Shown here piece by piece: positions 27,064 to 36,708 of a stretch of 52,914 bases of DNA. Below the pieces are notes generated by a model. It saw nothing but the letters and a program-made list of their open reading frames with translations, did no database searches and was not told where the DNA came from. Source of the stretch: Polyangiales bacterium (GTDB taxonomy: Bacteria > Myxococcota_A > Polyangia > Polyangiales > JAFGIB01). The position numbers and the translations under genes are program-made. The stretch lies in assembly GCA_035687405.1 (NCBI GenBank), contig DASRXR010000355.1, positions 1 to 52,914 on the forward strand. The letters are read 5' to 3'. The stretch's first letter is position 1. Every line of letters starts with the position of its first letter.

Positions 27064-28611
27064 ATGAGTCCCACTCCGACCCAACCGGTGGCGCAAGGCA
27101 CGCTGGCGAACACGCCGTTCGCCCACCTGGTTTTGTACATTTACCAGCGCCGCTCGAGCGGCACTTTGGTCGTTCGCGATGCGGTCGGCGCACCTGGAGT
27201 CGCGCTGCCCTCGCGCGATCAACGCGATGAACCGATCGCGGTGTTGTTTCATCGCGGTCGAGCGGTTGCCGCTCGCGTCGCAGCGCCGGCGGAAGCACTC
27301 GATCAGGCGCTGCTTCCATTCTGCTCGCTCCGCGACGCGACGTACGAGTTCTTCGAAGACGACCTCGTCGGCAGCGGCGCAGCGATCGTGACCGGCATGT
27401 TCGATCCCTACGCGTTCGTGACTGAAGCCGCGCGCCGCTACACGCGCCAAGACGTCGTCGAACACGTGCTCACCCGCTTTGCGCAGACGCCTCTGTCCGT
27501 GCAGTCGGGCATGGCTCTCGATCGGTTGCTGCTCAGCTCGCAAGAATCAAGCTTTGCAGAAGTGCTTCGCGACGGAACTGCGACGATCGAGTCGCTGCTC
27601 GCAACGCGCCGGCTGCCAGAGCCTGACGCACGCCGATTGTTGTACGCGCTCTTGGTCACGAAGGTCGTCGGCGCATATTCACCCGCGAACGATACGACAC
27701 TACAGCCGAGCGGTGCTCCCGACGGTCTACCCGCAGGCCAGGCTTCGGATGTACCGTCGAGTCGCTCGTCGACCCTCACACCCGAGCAGCGGCGCCGCCA
27801 GTCGAGCGCGGCTTGGGCTGCGATCGCGGCGCGCGCGCAGCAGGCATCGCGTCCGATCAGCGGCTCGATCCAATCGCAGCCCGCAGCAGGTCGTTCGCTC
27901 ACCCCGTCGAGAACAGCCAGCCAACAAACGGGTCCGCTGACACCGCAGCCACAAGCGGCGGCGCGCAACCTCACACCCGCGCCGGGCCGCAGCTTGACGC
28001 CGCCGCCGAGCGCTCAGCCTCCGCTTCGCTCGGTCACACCGCCGGGCTCGTTCGACGGGCGCCGCTCACCCGCGCCGCCCGATCTGCCTTCCTCGCCATC
28101 CGGCCGCGTGGTTACGGGCGCGCCGCTCGAGCAAGGCTCGACGCCGGCGGGCACTCCGCGCGTGACGACACCGAGCCGGCCGATCAGCCGCGTGACGCCG
28201 CGCCCGAACTCCGAGCCGCTCGACTCGCTCGACCCAGCCGGTAGATTCCGCCGCGTCGAAGGGATGCTCGCGCGCAACGCGTTCGACGAAGCGCTACCGA
28301 TCATTCGCGCACTCGTCGAGAGCGAGCGCCGCAATCCGTCGTACCTCGGGTTGCTCGCGTCGGTGCTCTACGGCCAAGGCATCGAAGGCACGATCTCGAA
28401 AGAGATCGTCGAGACGGTGAACCAAGCGCTGCGAATCATGCCGGACGAGGTGCACGCGCTCTACACGAAGGCGCGCTGTTACAAGCGGATGGGGAAAAAC
28501 CGCGAAGCGCTTCACTACTTCAAGCGGACCGTCTCAGTCGATCCGGCGCACCTCGAGGCGGCACGTGAAGTGCGGCTCTTGACCCTGCGCCAAAACGAGA
28601 AGAAGCGCTGA
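27064..28611 (+). CDS. DUF4388-like N-terminal domain / proline-rich (S/T)P linker / C-terminal TPR protein
   Basis: I prefer the ATG at 27064 (MSPTPTQPVAQGTLANTPFAHLVLYIYQRRSSGTLVV, which fits the G-x-L...sG-x-L pattern of DUF4388). The middle ~150 aa are low complexity. The C-terminus (ARNAFDEALPIIRAL...ALYTKARCYKRMGKNREALHYFKRTVSVDP) is TPR-like. Confidence 0.7.
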   Translation: MSPTPTQPVAQGTLANTPFAHLVLYIYQRRSSGTLVVRDAVGAPGVALPSRDQRDEPIAVLFHRGRAVAARVAAPAEALDQALLPFCSLRDATYEFFEDDLVGSGAAIVTGMFDPYAFVTEAARRYTRQDVVEHVLTRFAQTPLSVQSGMALDRLLLSSQESSFAEVLRDGTATIESLLATRRLPEPDARRLLYALLVTKVVGAYSPANDTTLQPSGAPDGLPAGQASDVPSSRSSTLTPEQRRRQSSAAWAAIAARAQQASRPISGSIQSQPAAGRSLTPSRTASQQTGPLTPQPQAAARNLTPAPGRSLTPPPSAQPPLRSVTPPGSFDGRRSPAPPDLPSSPSGRVVTGAPLEQGSTPAGTPRVTTPSRPISRVTPRPNSEPLDSLDPAGRFRRVEGMLARNAFDEALPIIRALVESERRNPSYLGLLASVLYGQGIEGTISKEIVETVNQALRIMPDEVHALYTKARCYKRMGKNREALHYFKRTVSVDPAHLEAAREVRLLTLRQNEKKR

Positions 28612-28641
28612 ACGGACGCGGCGCGAGCACCGCGGCCGTTC
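28610..28641. terminator. Putative bidirectional terminator hairpin between convergent genes
   Basis: GAACGGACGCGG-cgcgagca-CCGCGGCCGTTC forms a 12-bp stem with one mismatch and an 8-nt loop. No U-tract is present. It sits exactly between the stops at 28611 (+) and 28653 (-). Confidence 0.4.
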
Positions 28642-28652
28642 AGCTCGTGAGA

Positions 28653-29837
<1,185 letters not shown>

Positions 29838-29922
29838 GATGATCTCCTTGAATTCAGGACTATGGAGGCCAGGGACCATCGCGCGGAGGGGCGGACCACG
29901 CAACACCTAGAACCCGGGGTTG

Positions 29923-29947
29923 GGCAGGATTTGCTGGCAGGATTTGC
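29923..29947 (+). repeat. Tandem direct repeat GGCAGGATTTGC x2 (period 13) in the thiolase/acyl-CoA synthetase divergent intergenic region
   Basis: Read directly from the sequence. The copies are at 29923-29934 and 29936-29947. A 7-bp inverted repeat GCGAGTG-ACCA-CACTCGC follows at about 29993-30010. Confidence 0.4.
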
Positions 29948-30124
29948 GCGCGGCCCATGGCTGGGACACATGGCGCGAGCCTATAGCGATAGTGCGAGTG
30001 ACCACACTCGCGGGGAACGAAAACGAATGCCGGAGCGTTGTGCAACGTCGTGCGAGAGCCGAGCTCCGTCAGTCACGCTACGTCTGCCGCTCAGGACCCC
30101 GCTCGTCCTGGCTCCTCCTCGTCC

Positions 30125-31903
30125 ATGACCGAGACCACGCCTCGCTACGCACATCTGGTCGAACTGTTTCAGCAGTCCGTCGAGCATTACGCCGAACGGC
30201 CGGCGTTTGGCGTCCTGAAGGGGAAAGACTGGATTTGGACGACGTACGCGGAGCTTGGCACGCGCGTCGAGCGGTTCCGGGCGGCTCTGGCGCTGCTCGG
30301 AGTCGGGCGCGGGGACCGGGTCGCGATCATCAGTGACAATCGCATCGAGTGGGTGATCGCCGCGCACGCGACGTTCCAGCGGCGCGCCATCTACGTGCCC
30401 ATGTTCGAGGCACAACACGACTCCGAGCTCAGATACATCCTGACCGACTCGGCGGCCAAGGTTTGTCTCGTCGCAAACGCGTCGGTTGCGGCACGGGTTG
30501 CGTCACTTCGGGAAGACCTGCTCGACCTGCAACACGTCGTAGTCATCGATGCGGCGGCGGACGACCCGAGCTCGTGGGCAGGGCTCGTCGCACGCGGCGC
30601 GGACCGTTCCGTGAGTGCTCGCACGCCGCTGCCGACCGACGTTGCGACGATCATCTACACGTCTGGCACGACCGGGGAACCGAAGGGCGTTCGGCTCACA
30701 CACCGCAACCTCGCGAACAACGCTTGGGCGCTTCGCGAAGCGCGCGACTACGGCGCCGATCCGCGCTGCATGGCGTTTCTGCCTTGGGCGCACGTGTTCG
30801 GCGGGTGCGTAGAGCTCAACCTTGCGCTCGCGATCGGCGCGAGCATCGCGATCTGCCGCAACACCGATCAGCTCTTCGAAGAGATGGCGCGCGTTCGCCC
30901 GACGATGTTGTACGCGGTGCCGCGGATCTGGCAGCAGATCTATCACGACATGCAGCGCGACTTGGCGCGCGAGCCCGAGATGAGCCGCAACATGTTCGAT
31001 CAGGGCTTGCGGCTTCGAGCGAAGCAGAAGCGCGGCGAGCATCTCGGCATCTCGCAGCGCGTCTCGCTCAACCTCGCCGAGAAGCTCGTGATCGGAAAGC
31101 TGAAGGCGCGGCTCGGCGGGCGCTTGCGCCTGGCGTTTTCGGGTGCCGCGCCGCTCTCGGTCGAAGTCGCCGACTTCCTGCACGCAGTCGGCGTGTCGAT
31201 CTACGAAGGTTACGGCCTGACGGAGTCGAGCGGCTCGACTACGACGAATCCGACCGGTTCGGCGAGGTTCGGTTCAGTCGGCAAACCGCTGCCCGGCACC
31301 AACATCGTGATCGATCGAAGCAACCCTTCGCCGGCCGATCCGCGCGAAGGCGAGATCATCGTCTACGGGCACGGCGTGATGGCGGGATATCACAACCGTC
31401 CGTCCGAGACTTCGGCCGTGCTGCTGCCCGACGGCGGGCTACGCACCGGTGATCTCGGCTTCCTCGATGAGGACGGTTATCTCTGGGTCACCGGTCGCGT
31501 CAAAGAGCTCTACAAGCTCAATAACGGCCGCTACGTCGCGCCGACGCCACTCGAGGAAAAGCTGAAGCTGAGCCCGTATGTCTCGAACTGCATGGTGTAT
31601 GGCGCAGGTCAACCGTACAACGTGGCGCTCGTGGTTGCGGACTTGCCCGCTTTGCAGGCGTTCTTCGGGGGTGAGCTGACGACACCACAGCAGCTGCTCT
31701 CGGACCGGCGCACCCGGCGCCTCTACGAGGACGAAATCCTCAAGCACAGCAAGGATTTTCGGACGTTCGAGCTAGTCCGGAACTTTTGGATCGAGACCGA
31801 GCCGTTCACCCGCGAGAACGGCATGTTGACCCCGACCTTCAAGCTGAAGCGCGAGAACGTGCGCCGGCGCTACGAGGCGAGATTGCTCACGCTCTACGGT
31901 TGA
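30125..31903 (+). CDS. Long-chain acyl-CoA synthetase (AMP-forming, FadD-like)
   Basis: I prefer the ATG at 30125 (MTETTPRYAHLVELF). The motifs are IIYTSGTTGEPKGVRLTHRNL, EGYGLTESSG, LRTGDLGFLDEDGYLWVTGRVKELYKLNNGRYVAP and LTPTFKLKR. Confidence 0.88.
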   Translation: MTETTPRYAHLVELFQQSVEHYAERPAFGVLKGKDWIWTTYAELGTRVERFRAALALLGVGRGDRVAIISDNRIEWVIAAHATFQRRAIYVPMFEAQHDSELRYILTDSAAKVCLVANASVAARVASLREDLLDLQHVVVIDAAADDPSSWAGLVARGADRSVSARTPLPTDVATIIYTSGTTGEPKGVRLTHRNLANNAWALREARDYGADPRCMAFLPWAHVFGGCVELNLALAIGASIAICRNTDQLFEEMARVRPTMLYAVPRIWQQIYHDMQRDLAREPEMSRNMFDQGLRLRAKQKRGEHLGISQRVSLNLAEKLVIGKLKARLGGRLRLAFSGAAPLSVEVADFLHAVGVSIYEGYGLTESSGSTTTNPTGSARFGSVGKPLPGTNIVIDRSNPSPADPREGEIIVYGHGVMAGYHNRPSETSAVLLPDGGLRTGDLGFLDEDGYLWVTGRVKELYKLNNGRYVAPTPLEEKLKLSPYVSNCMVYGAGQPYNVALVVADLPALQAFFGGELTTPQQLLSDRRTRRLYEDEILKHSKDFRTFELVRNFWIETEPFTRENGMLTPTFKLKRENVRRRYEARLLTLYG

Positions 31904-31936
31904 TGTGCTCTCCGTTTTCGGAGAACGTCTGCCGCC

Positions 31937-32983
31937 ATGGAGCGAACCGAGCTACTTGCGTCCCACACGTTACCGATCGACGAGCCGGCACTGCGCAGCT
32001 ACTTGGAGTCGAAGCTGCCGGATGAGTTTCGCGGCGTGCTCGAAGTGCAGAAGTTCGCGGGTGGCCAGAGCAACCCCACGTACAAGCTGACGGCGAACGG
32101 CAAGAGCTTCGTGTTGCGGAAGAAGCCGCCCGGAACGCTGCTCGCGACTGCGCACATGGTGGATCGCGAGTATCGCGTGATCAGCGCGCTCTACGGCAGC
32201 GGTGTGCCGGTCGCGAAGCCGATCCTGTATTGCGACGACGCGAAGGTGATCGGCACCGAGTTCTTCATCATGGAGTACGTCGGCGGGCGGATCTTTTGGG
32301 ATCCGACGTTTCCGCAGCTGTCGGCGGCGGAGCGGGCCGCACTCTACGCCGAGATGGCGCGTGTGCTCGCGGCGCTGCACATGGTCGACTACTCAGCGCG
32401 CGGGCTCGGCAGCTACGGCAAAGCCGGCAACTACTTCGCACGGCAGATCAAGCGCTGGACCGAGCAGTATCTCGCGTCGGTTACAGAGCCGATCCCGTCG
32501 ATGGATGCGCTGATCAAGTGGTTACCCGAGCACGTGCCGGCGGACGAAAAAACTTCGCTCGTGCACGGCGACTATCGGTTCGACAACATGGTGTTCCACC
32601 CAACCGAGCCGCGCGTGCTGGCTGTGCTCGACTGGGAGCTGTCGACACTCGGGCATCCGCTCGCGGATCTCGCCTACAACTGTATGTCGTACCACTTGCC
32701 CGGGGTGGACCGTCCGCCGCTCGCAGAGCTCGCCGGGCCCGAGAGCGGCATTCCAACCGAAGCCGAATACGTGGCGGAGTATTGCCGGCACACTGGGCAG
32801 AAAGAGATTCCGAGCTTCGGGTTCTACTTGGCGTTCTCGGCGTTTCGGTACGCAAGCATCGTCCAAGGCGTCGTGAAGCGCGGCTTGTCGGGCAACGCGA
32901 GCAGCGGCAAAGACGCGCTGGGTTACGTCACGCGCGTCAAAGCCGCTGCCAACAAAGGCTGGGAATTGGCGCAAAAGAGCTGA
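31937..32983 (+). CDS. Phosphotransferase (APH/kinase-like fold) of the ACAD10/ACAD11 N-terminal type
   Basis: QKFAGGQSNPTYKL, FVLRKKPPG, REYRVISAL, LVHGDYRFDNMVFHP (catalytic HGD...N) and VLDWELSTLGHPLADL. Confidence 0.8.
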   Translation: MERTELLASHTLPIDEPALRSYLESKLPDEFRGVLEVQKFAGGQSNPTYKLTANGKSFVLRKKPPGTLLATAHMVDREYRVISALYGSGVPVAKPILYCDDAKVIGTEFFIMEYVGGRIFWDPTFPQLSAAERAALYAEMARVLAALHMVDYSARGLGSYGKAGNYFARQIKRWTEQYLASVTEPIPSMDALIKWLPEHVPADEKTSLVHGDYRFDNMVFHPTEPRVLAVLDWELSTLGHPLADLAYNCMSYHLPGVDRPPLAELAGPESGIPTEAEYVAEYCRHTGQKEIPSFGFYLAFSAFRYASIVQGVVKRGLSGNASSGKDALGYVTRVKAAANKGWELAQKS

Positions 32984-33517
32984 TCAGTTGCTCGTTCGTT
33001 CCGCAGCCACCAGCTTCAGCTCGACCATCAGATCGTCCGCCAGTGCTTCCAGCGCGTGCTGAAGGTCATTCACCTTCAGCGCCGCAGGCAGGTGCACGAG
33101 CGCTCGCGCGTGGAACAACTGCTCGCCCGACATCGGTGCGCTCTCGCAGTGCGTATCGAGCTCTTCGACGTTGACTCCGCGCGCGGCGAGCGCGCTCGAC
33201 AAATCGCGGACGATGCCCGGGCGATCGTCGCCGACGAGCGACAAGCGATACGCGCGCGAGTCGTCGCGTTCGGCCGCGGCGCTCGCTTCACTCACGACGC
33301 GCAAACCCTGACTTGCGAGTGCGTCGAGCGCGCGATGTAGCTCGGCCACGTGATCGCGCCCAATCGTCACGCGCAAGATGCCGGCGAACTGGCCGGCCAG
33401 ATGCGCCATGCGACTCTGCTCCCAGTTGCCGCCGTGAGCGGCAATCGTGGTGGATAACAGCTCGACGATGCCGGGACGATCCGGACCGATGACGGTCAAC
33501 ACGATTGAGGCACGCAT
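32984..33517 (-). CDS. Tandem ACT-domain protein, GcvR-like (glycine cleavage system regulator family)
   Basis: I prefer the ATG at 33517, giving MRASIVLTVIGPDRPGIVELLSTTIAAHGGNWEQSRMAHLAGQFAGILRV. The second ACT domain is YRLSLVGDDRPGIVRDLSSALAARGVNVEELDT. Confidence 0.75.
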   Translation of the reverse strand: MRASIVLTVIGPDRPGIVELLSTTIAAHGGNWEQSRMAHLAGQFAGILRVTIGRDHVAELHRALDALASQGLRVVSEASAAAERDDSRAYRLSLVGDDRPGIVRDLSSALAARGVNVEELDTHCESAPMSGEQLFHARALVHLPAALKVNDLQHALEALADDLMVELKLVAAERTSN

Positions 33518-33744
33518 GGTAATGACCTCTCTGGCGAACTCAGATGGTTCCACGCCTTCCCGCCGAGCGCCACCGCTCTCGTTTGTGAGCGCGCAAACCC
33601 CCACAACCGCGCCGGATGACGCTGAACCGCGCCGCAAAAGCGTCTCGCCGGGGAGCCGCTCGAGCCGCGCGCTCTCCCGCGGCTCTGGGCTGCCGTGTAC
33701 GATCGAGCTGTCGCGTGACTGACAGCGCGCCGGGAACACCCTGC

Positions 33745-34311
33745 ATGAAGAAGCTCGCTCGCTCGCTGCGCTGCCGAAAAAAACTGACTGGCTTCACGTT
33801 GATCGAGCTGATGATCGTAGTCGCGATCATCGGCGTCTTGGCCTCGCTCGCGCTACCAGCGTTTCGCACCGTGTTATTTCGCTCGCGGACGGCCGAGGTG
33901 TCCGCGAACCTGAGCGCGATGTTCAAGAATGCGGCGACGTATTACTCGGCCGAGCGCGCCGACAAAGGTCAGAACGCGAGCGTATCCACGTACTGTACGG
34001 TCTCCGACGCAGGCCCGCTGCCACCGAATCCGCAACGGCAAAAGCAGCGCTTGCCCGACTCGGATCCGCAGTTTCGCGCGCTCGGATTCAGCATCGCGGA
34101 CTACGTCTACTACGCGTACGGGCTTGCCACGGAGACGGGCACCGGGACGTGCGGCAACGGGGCGAACGACCTGACCGTGTACACGCTGTATGCGAACGGC
34201 GATCTCGACTCCGACACTACGACGAGCACGTTCGAGCTCGCGGTCGGCTCCGACAACAATAACGAGCTCTATCACGCGCGCGGCATGAGCATCACGCAAG
34301 AGCTGGAGTAG
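33745..34311 (+). CDS. Prepilin-type N-terminal cleavage/methylation domain protein (type IV pilin / pseudopilin-like)
   Basis: I prefer the ATG at 33745. MKKLARSLRCRKKLTGFTLIELMIVVAIIGVLASLALPAF is the class III signal (G|FTLIE). No other pilus or T2SS genes are in the window. Confidence 0.85.
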   Translation: MKKLARSLRCRKKLTGFTLIELMIVVAIIGVLASLALPAFRTVLFRSRTAEVSANLSAMFKNAATYYSAERADKGQNASVSTYCTVSDAGPLPPNPQRQKQRLPDSDPQFRALGFSIADYVYYAYGLATETGTGTCGNGANDLTVYTLYANGDLDSDTTTSTFELAVGSDNNNELYHARGMSITQELE

Positions 34312-34318
34312 GGCGAGC

Positions 34319-36115
34319 TCAACCTTCGTCGACGAAGACGACCGTCGAGAACTCGATCGTGATGACTGGCGCCTTGTACGCCACGATCCGCGCGTTCGGG
34401 ATGTTCTTCTGCTTGAGCTTCGCCGCCAAGTCCGCCGCCGCAGCGCGACGTTCGTGTTTCGACAGGCGTTGCCACGCCGGCCGCGACACGAGCCCATCGA
34501 GCTGATGCTGGCGTGGCGATAGCGTCGCTCGCAGTAAGAGCGGCGACAGGTGCAGCAGCTGAGGGCTGCTGAGCGCCGCCGGCGGCGTGCCGACTTGAAA
34601 TACGCCGGTCGTGTACAGCAGCCAAGTCGTGCTCAAAACGATCACGAGCGAAAGCCCTGCGAGCTTGAGCCACACGCCGACGCTGGGCTTTTCGACGCTC
34701 TTCGCCGCGCGCTTGCGCTTCTTTCGGCGCGAAGCCGCCGGCTGCGGCAATGCTTCCTTGGAGGGTGCAGGGCGAGGCGACGACTTTGCGGCGGGAGTCG
34801 AACGCGGCCGGCGAAAGCTCGAGAAGACTTCTTCGGCGGCGCGCTGCTGGGTTTGAAGCTGTGCGTCGAGCGAAGCAGCCGACGGCGTGCCCGAGCGCGA
34901 CCACGCGAGCAAGCGGTTGTGCAGCTCGACGTGCACCGCCGCGCACAAGTACAAGAACTCGGGGCACGTGATCTGATCTCGCATCGAGATCTTGTAGCCG
35001 TGCAAGTCGAGAAAGAACTCGCTGTCGAAGAACGACTTGGGTCCATCGATCTCACCCAGGCGATCGAGAGCTTCACGCAGGTGATCGACTGCGGGCCCGC
35101 GCTCTTCCTGTGCCGCGACTTGCGCAAGCCCGGCGAGCAGGTGATGCAGCACGGGCCCAGCTTGATCGCGCGCCAACAGCTGCAGCCGCCCGTCTGAGCC
35201 TTCGTTCGTCAGCAACTCGAACGCCAAGAACTCGAAGCGATCGCGCCGGTACCCGATGTTGAAGCGCCGCATCGCGAGCACGCGCGCGTAGCGCAGGAGC
35301 GACTTGACCGGGTGGTGCTCCTTCGAGACCTTTGCGCGAAACTCATCCTCGGTGATGCTGTCGTCGAGTGCGAGGAGGCGATCCTCGACCTTCGTCAGCG
35401 AGCGCTCGTGCTCGTCGAAACCCGGTGCCGGCAGCGAGTTGTGAAGGTGATCGGAGTCGCGTTTTTCGCCAGACTCCGTCGGCGGCAACACCGCGCGCAA
35501 GCTCGCCTCGTAGTTGCTGAACAGGTCGACGAGCTCTTTGCGCGAGCTCGAGCTGATCTCGAAGCTCGACAAGACTTTGAACGCGGTGCACGCCGACTTG
35601 TAACGCACGGCGAGCCGGCCCCGACGCCCATCGAGCGTGTCGCGCGAACGCGGCAGCTTCAGCGTCGCATCGAAGTTCACGTCAGCCGGCACGTGCGTCA
35701 GTTGCCGCGTCTCGAAACGTTCCGGCTCGGTCGCTTGCCTCGCAGCCAGCTGCGCTGCTAAGAGCGGCGCCTCGAGCTCGGCCGTGTTCGCGAGCGCCGC
35801 AAACTCCGCGTCGACCTCCGCCGACTCGCGCGCGAGCTCGCTGTTCATCTGCTCGGCGTCGATCGCTTGCGGGACGACCGGCTCTCGGACGTCGTTTGCC
35901 GGACCTTCGAGCTTAACGCCGGCGCTGGTCACGGGCGAAAATTCGAACGCGTGAGTGCCCGAAGTGCTCGGCGCATCGAGCTCGAACAGTTTCTGACTCG
36001 CTGGACGCGGCGGGGTCGGTACTGATACCGAGCCGCTCGCAGGTGGCGCACGCCGAAGCTCGCGGACTTTCGGATCGCGCTCGCCCGGCTTGTCGTCTTT
36101 CACTGAACCGCTCAC
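34319..36115 (-). CDS. Hypothetical protein, ~600 aa, with a single C-terminal-proximal TM segment and a ~110 aa extracytoplasmic tail
   Basis: This is the same frame as track ORF 34319..36562. The first ~150 codons of that ORF overlap the EVE gene in another frame, so I chose the GTG at 36115 (or 36103) downstream of the EVE stop. The TM segment is VGVWLKLAGLSLVIVLSTTWLLYTTGV, preceded by a basic stretch RRKKRKRAAK. I recognise no family. Confidence 0.55.
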   Translation of the reverse strand: MSGSVKDDKPGERDPKVRELRRAPPASGSVSVPTPPRPASQKLFELDAPSTSGTHAFEFSPVTSAGVKLEGPANDVREPVVPQAIDAEQMNSELARESAEVDAEFAALANTAELEAPLLAAQLAARQATEPERFETRQLTHVPADVNFDATLKLPRSRDTLDGRRGRLAVRYKSACTAFKVLSSFEISSSSRKELVDLFSNYEASLRAVLPPTESGEKRDSDHLHNSLPAPGFDEHERSLTKVEDRLLALDDSITEDEFRAKVSKEHHPVKSLLRYARVLAMRRFNIGYRRDRFEFLAFELLTNEGSDGRLQLLARDQAGPVLHHLLAGLAQVAAQEERGPAVDHLREALDRLGEIDGPKSFFDSEFFLDLHGYKISMRDQITCPEFLYLCAAVHVELHNRLLAWSRSGTPSAASLDAQLQTQQRAAEEVFSSFRRPRSTPAAKSSPRPAPSKEALPQPAASRRKKRKRAAKSVEKPSVGVWLKLAGLSLVIVLSTTWLLYTTGVFQVGTPPAALSSPQLLHLSPLLLRATLSPRQHQLDGLVSRPAWQRLSKHERRAAAADLAAKLKQKNIPNARIVAYKAPVITIEFSTVVFVDEG

Positions 36116-36176
36116 GCCGAGCGATCGTAACACTCGAGAAAGGCGCCAAAAATGCAGGGCCGGCGCGCCTTCGCAC

Positions 36177-36662
36177 CTACAACTCGGTTTTGGCTCGGGC
36201 CTTGTCGAGGATGTGCCGCATGTGGCCCGCTTCGACTGGCTGAACTGACAAACGTTGGCCACGTCGAACGACCAACATGGTTTCGAGTGCCTGATCCGCC
36301 TTGATGTCGGCGAGCGTGACCATCGTCGGAAACCGCTCCACGAACTCGACGTCGACCATGAACCAGCGCGGCGCATCTTTCTTCGCGCGTGCATCGTAGT
36401 ACTGGCTCTTTTTGTCGAACTGCGTGTGGTCGGGGTAGGCCTCGCGCACCACTCGGCACAGCCCGACGACCCCCGGCGGCTCCGTGCTCGAGTGATAGAA
36501 CAGCGCGAGATCGCCGATCCGCATCGCTTGCAGCTGCGTGCGGGCTTGGAAGCTGCGCACACCGTCCCAGTGCGCGCGCTTCTTTCGCCGGAGATCCGAG
36601 ATCGAGAACGCCTCGGGCTCGGTCTTCATCAACCAGTACCGAACGCCGCGCGCTTCTTCCAT
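36177..36662 (-). CDS. EVE (PUA-like) domain protein
   Basis: MEEARGVRYWLMKTEPEAFSISDL...WDGVRSFQARTQLQAMRIGDLALFYHS...PGVVGLCRVVREAYPD...RWFMVDVEFVERF is the canonical EVE/DUF55 pattern. An alternative start lies at 36680. Confidence 0.85.
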   Translation of the reverse strand: MEEARGVRYWLMKTEPEAFSISDLRRKKRAHWDGVRSFQARTQLQAMRIGDLALFYHSSTEPPGVVGLCRVVREAYPDHTQFDKKSQYYDARAKKDAPRWFMVDVEFVERFPTMVTLADIKADQALETMLVVRRGQRLSVQPVEAGHMRHILDKARAKTEL

Positions 36663-36708
36663 GATCGAGACTTCGGTCATGACCGTGAACGGGCCCGCGC
36701 CCTTCAGC

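Noticed and set aside
36116-36562. The N-terminal ~150 codons of the 747-aa track ORF 34319..36562.
   Set aside because: This part overlaps the EVE-domain gene in a different frame and translates to Cys/Arg/Ser-rich nonsense. A GTG just downstream of the EVE stop gives a non-overlapping start.
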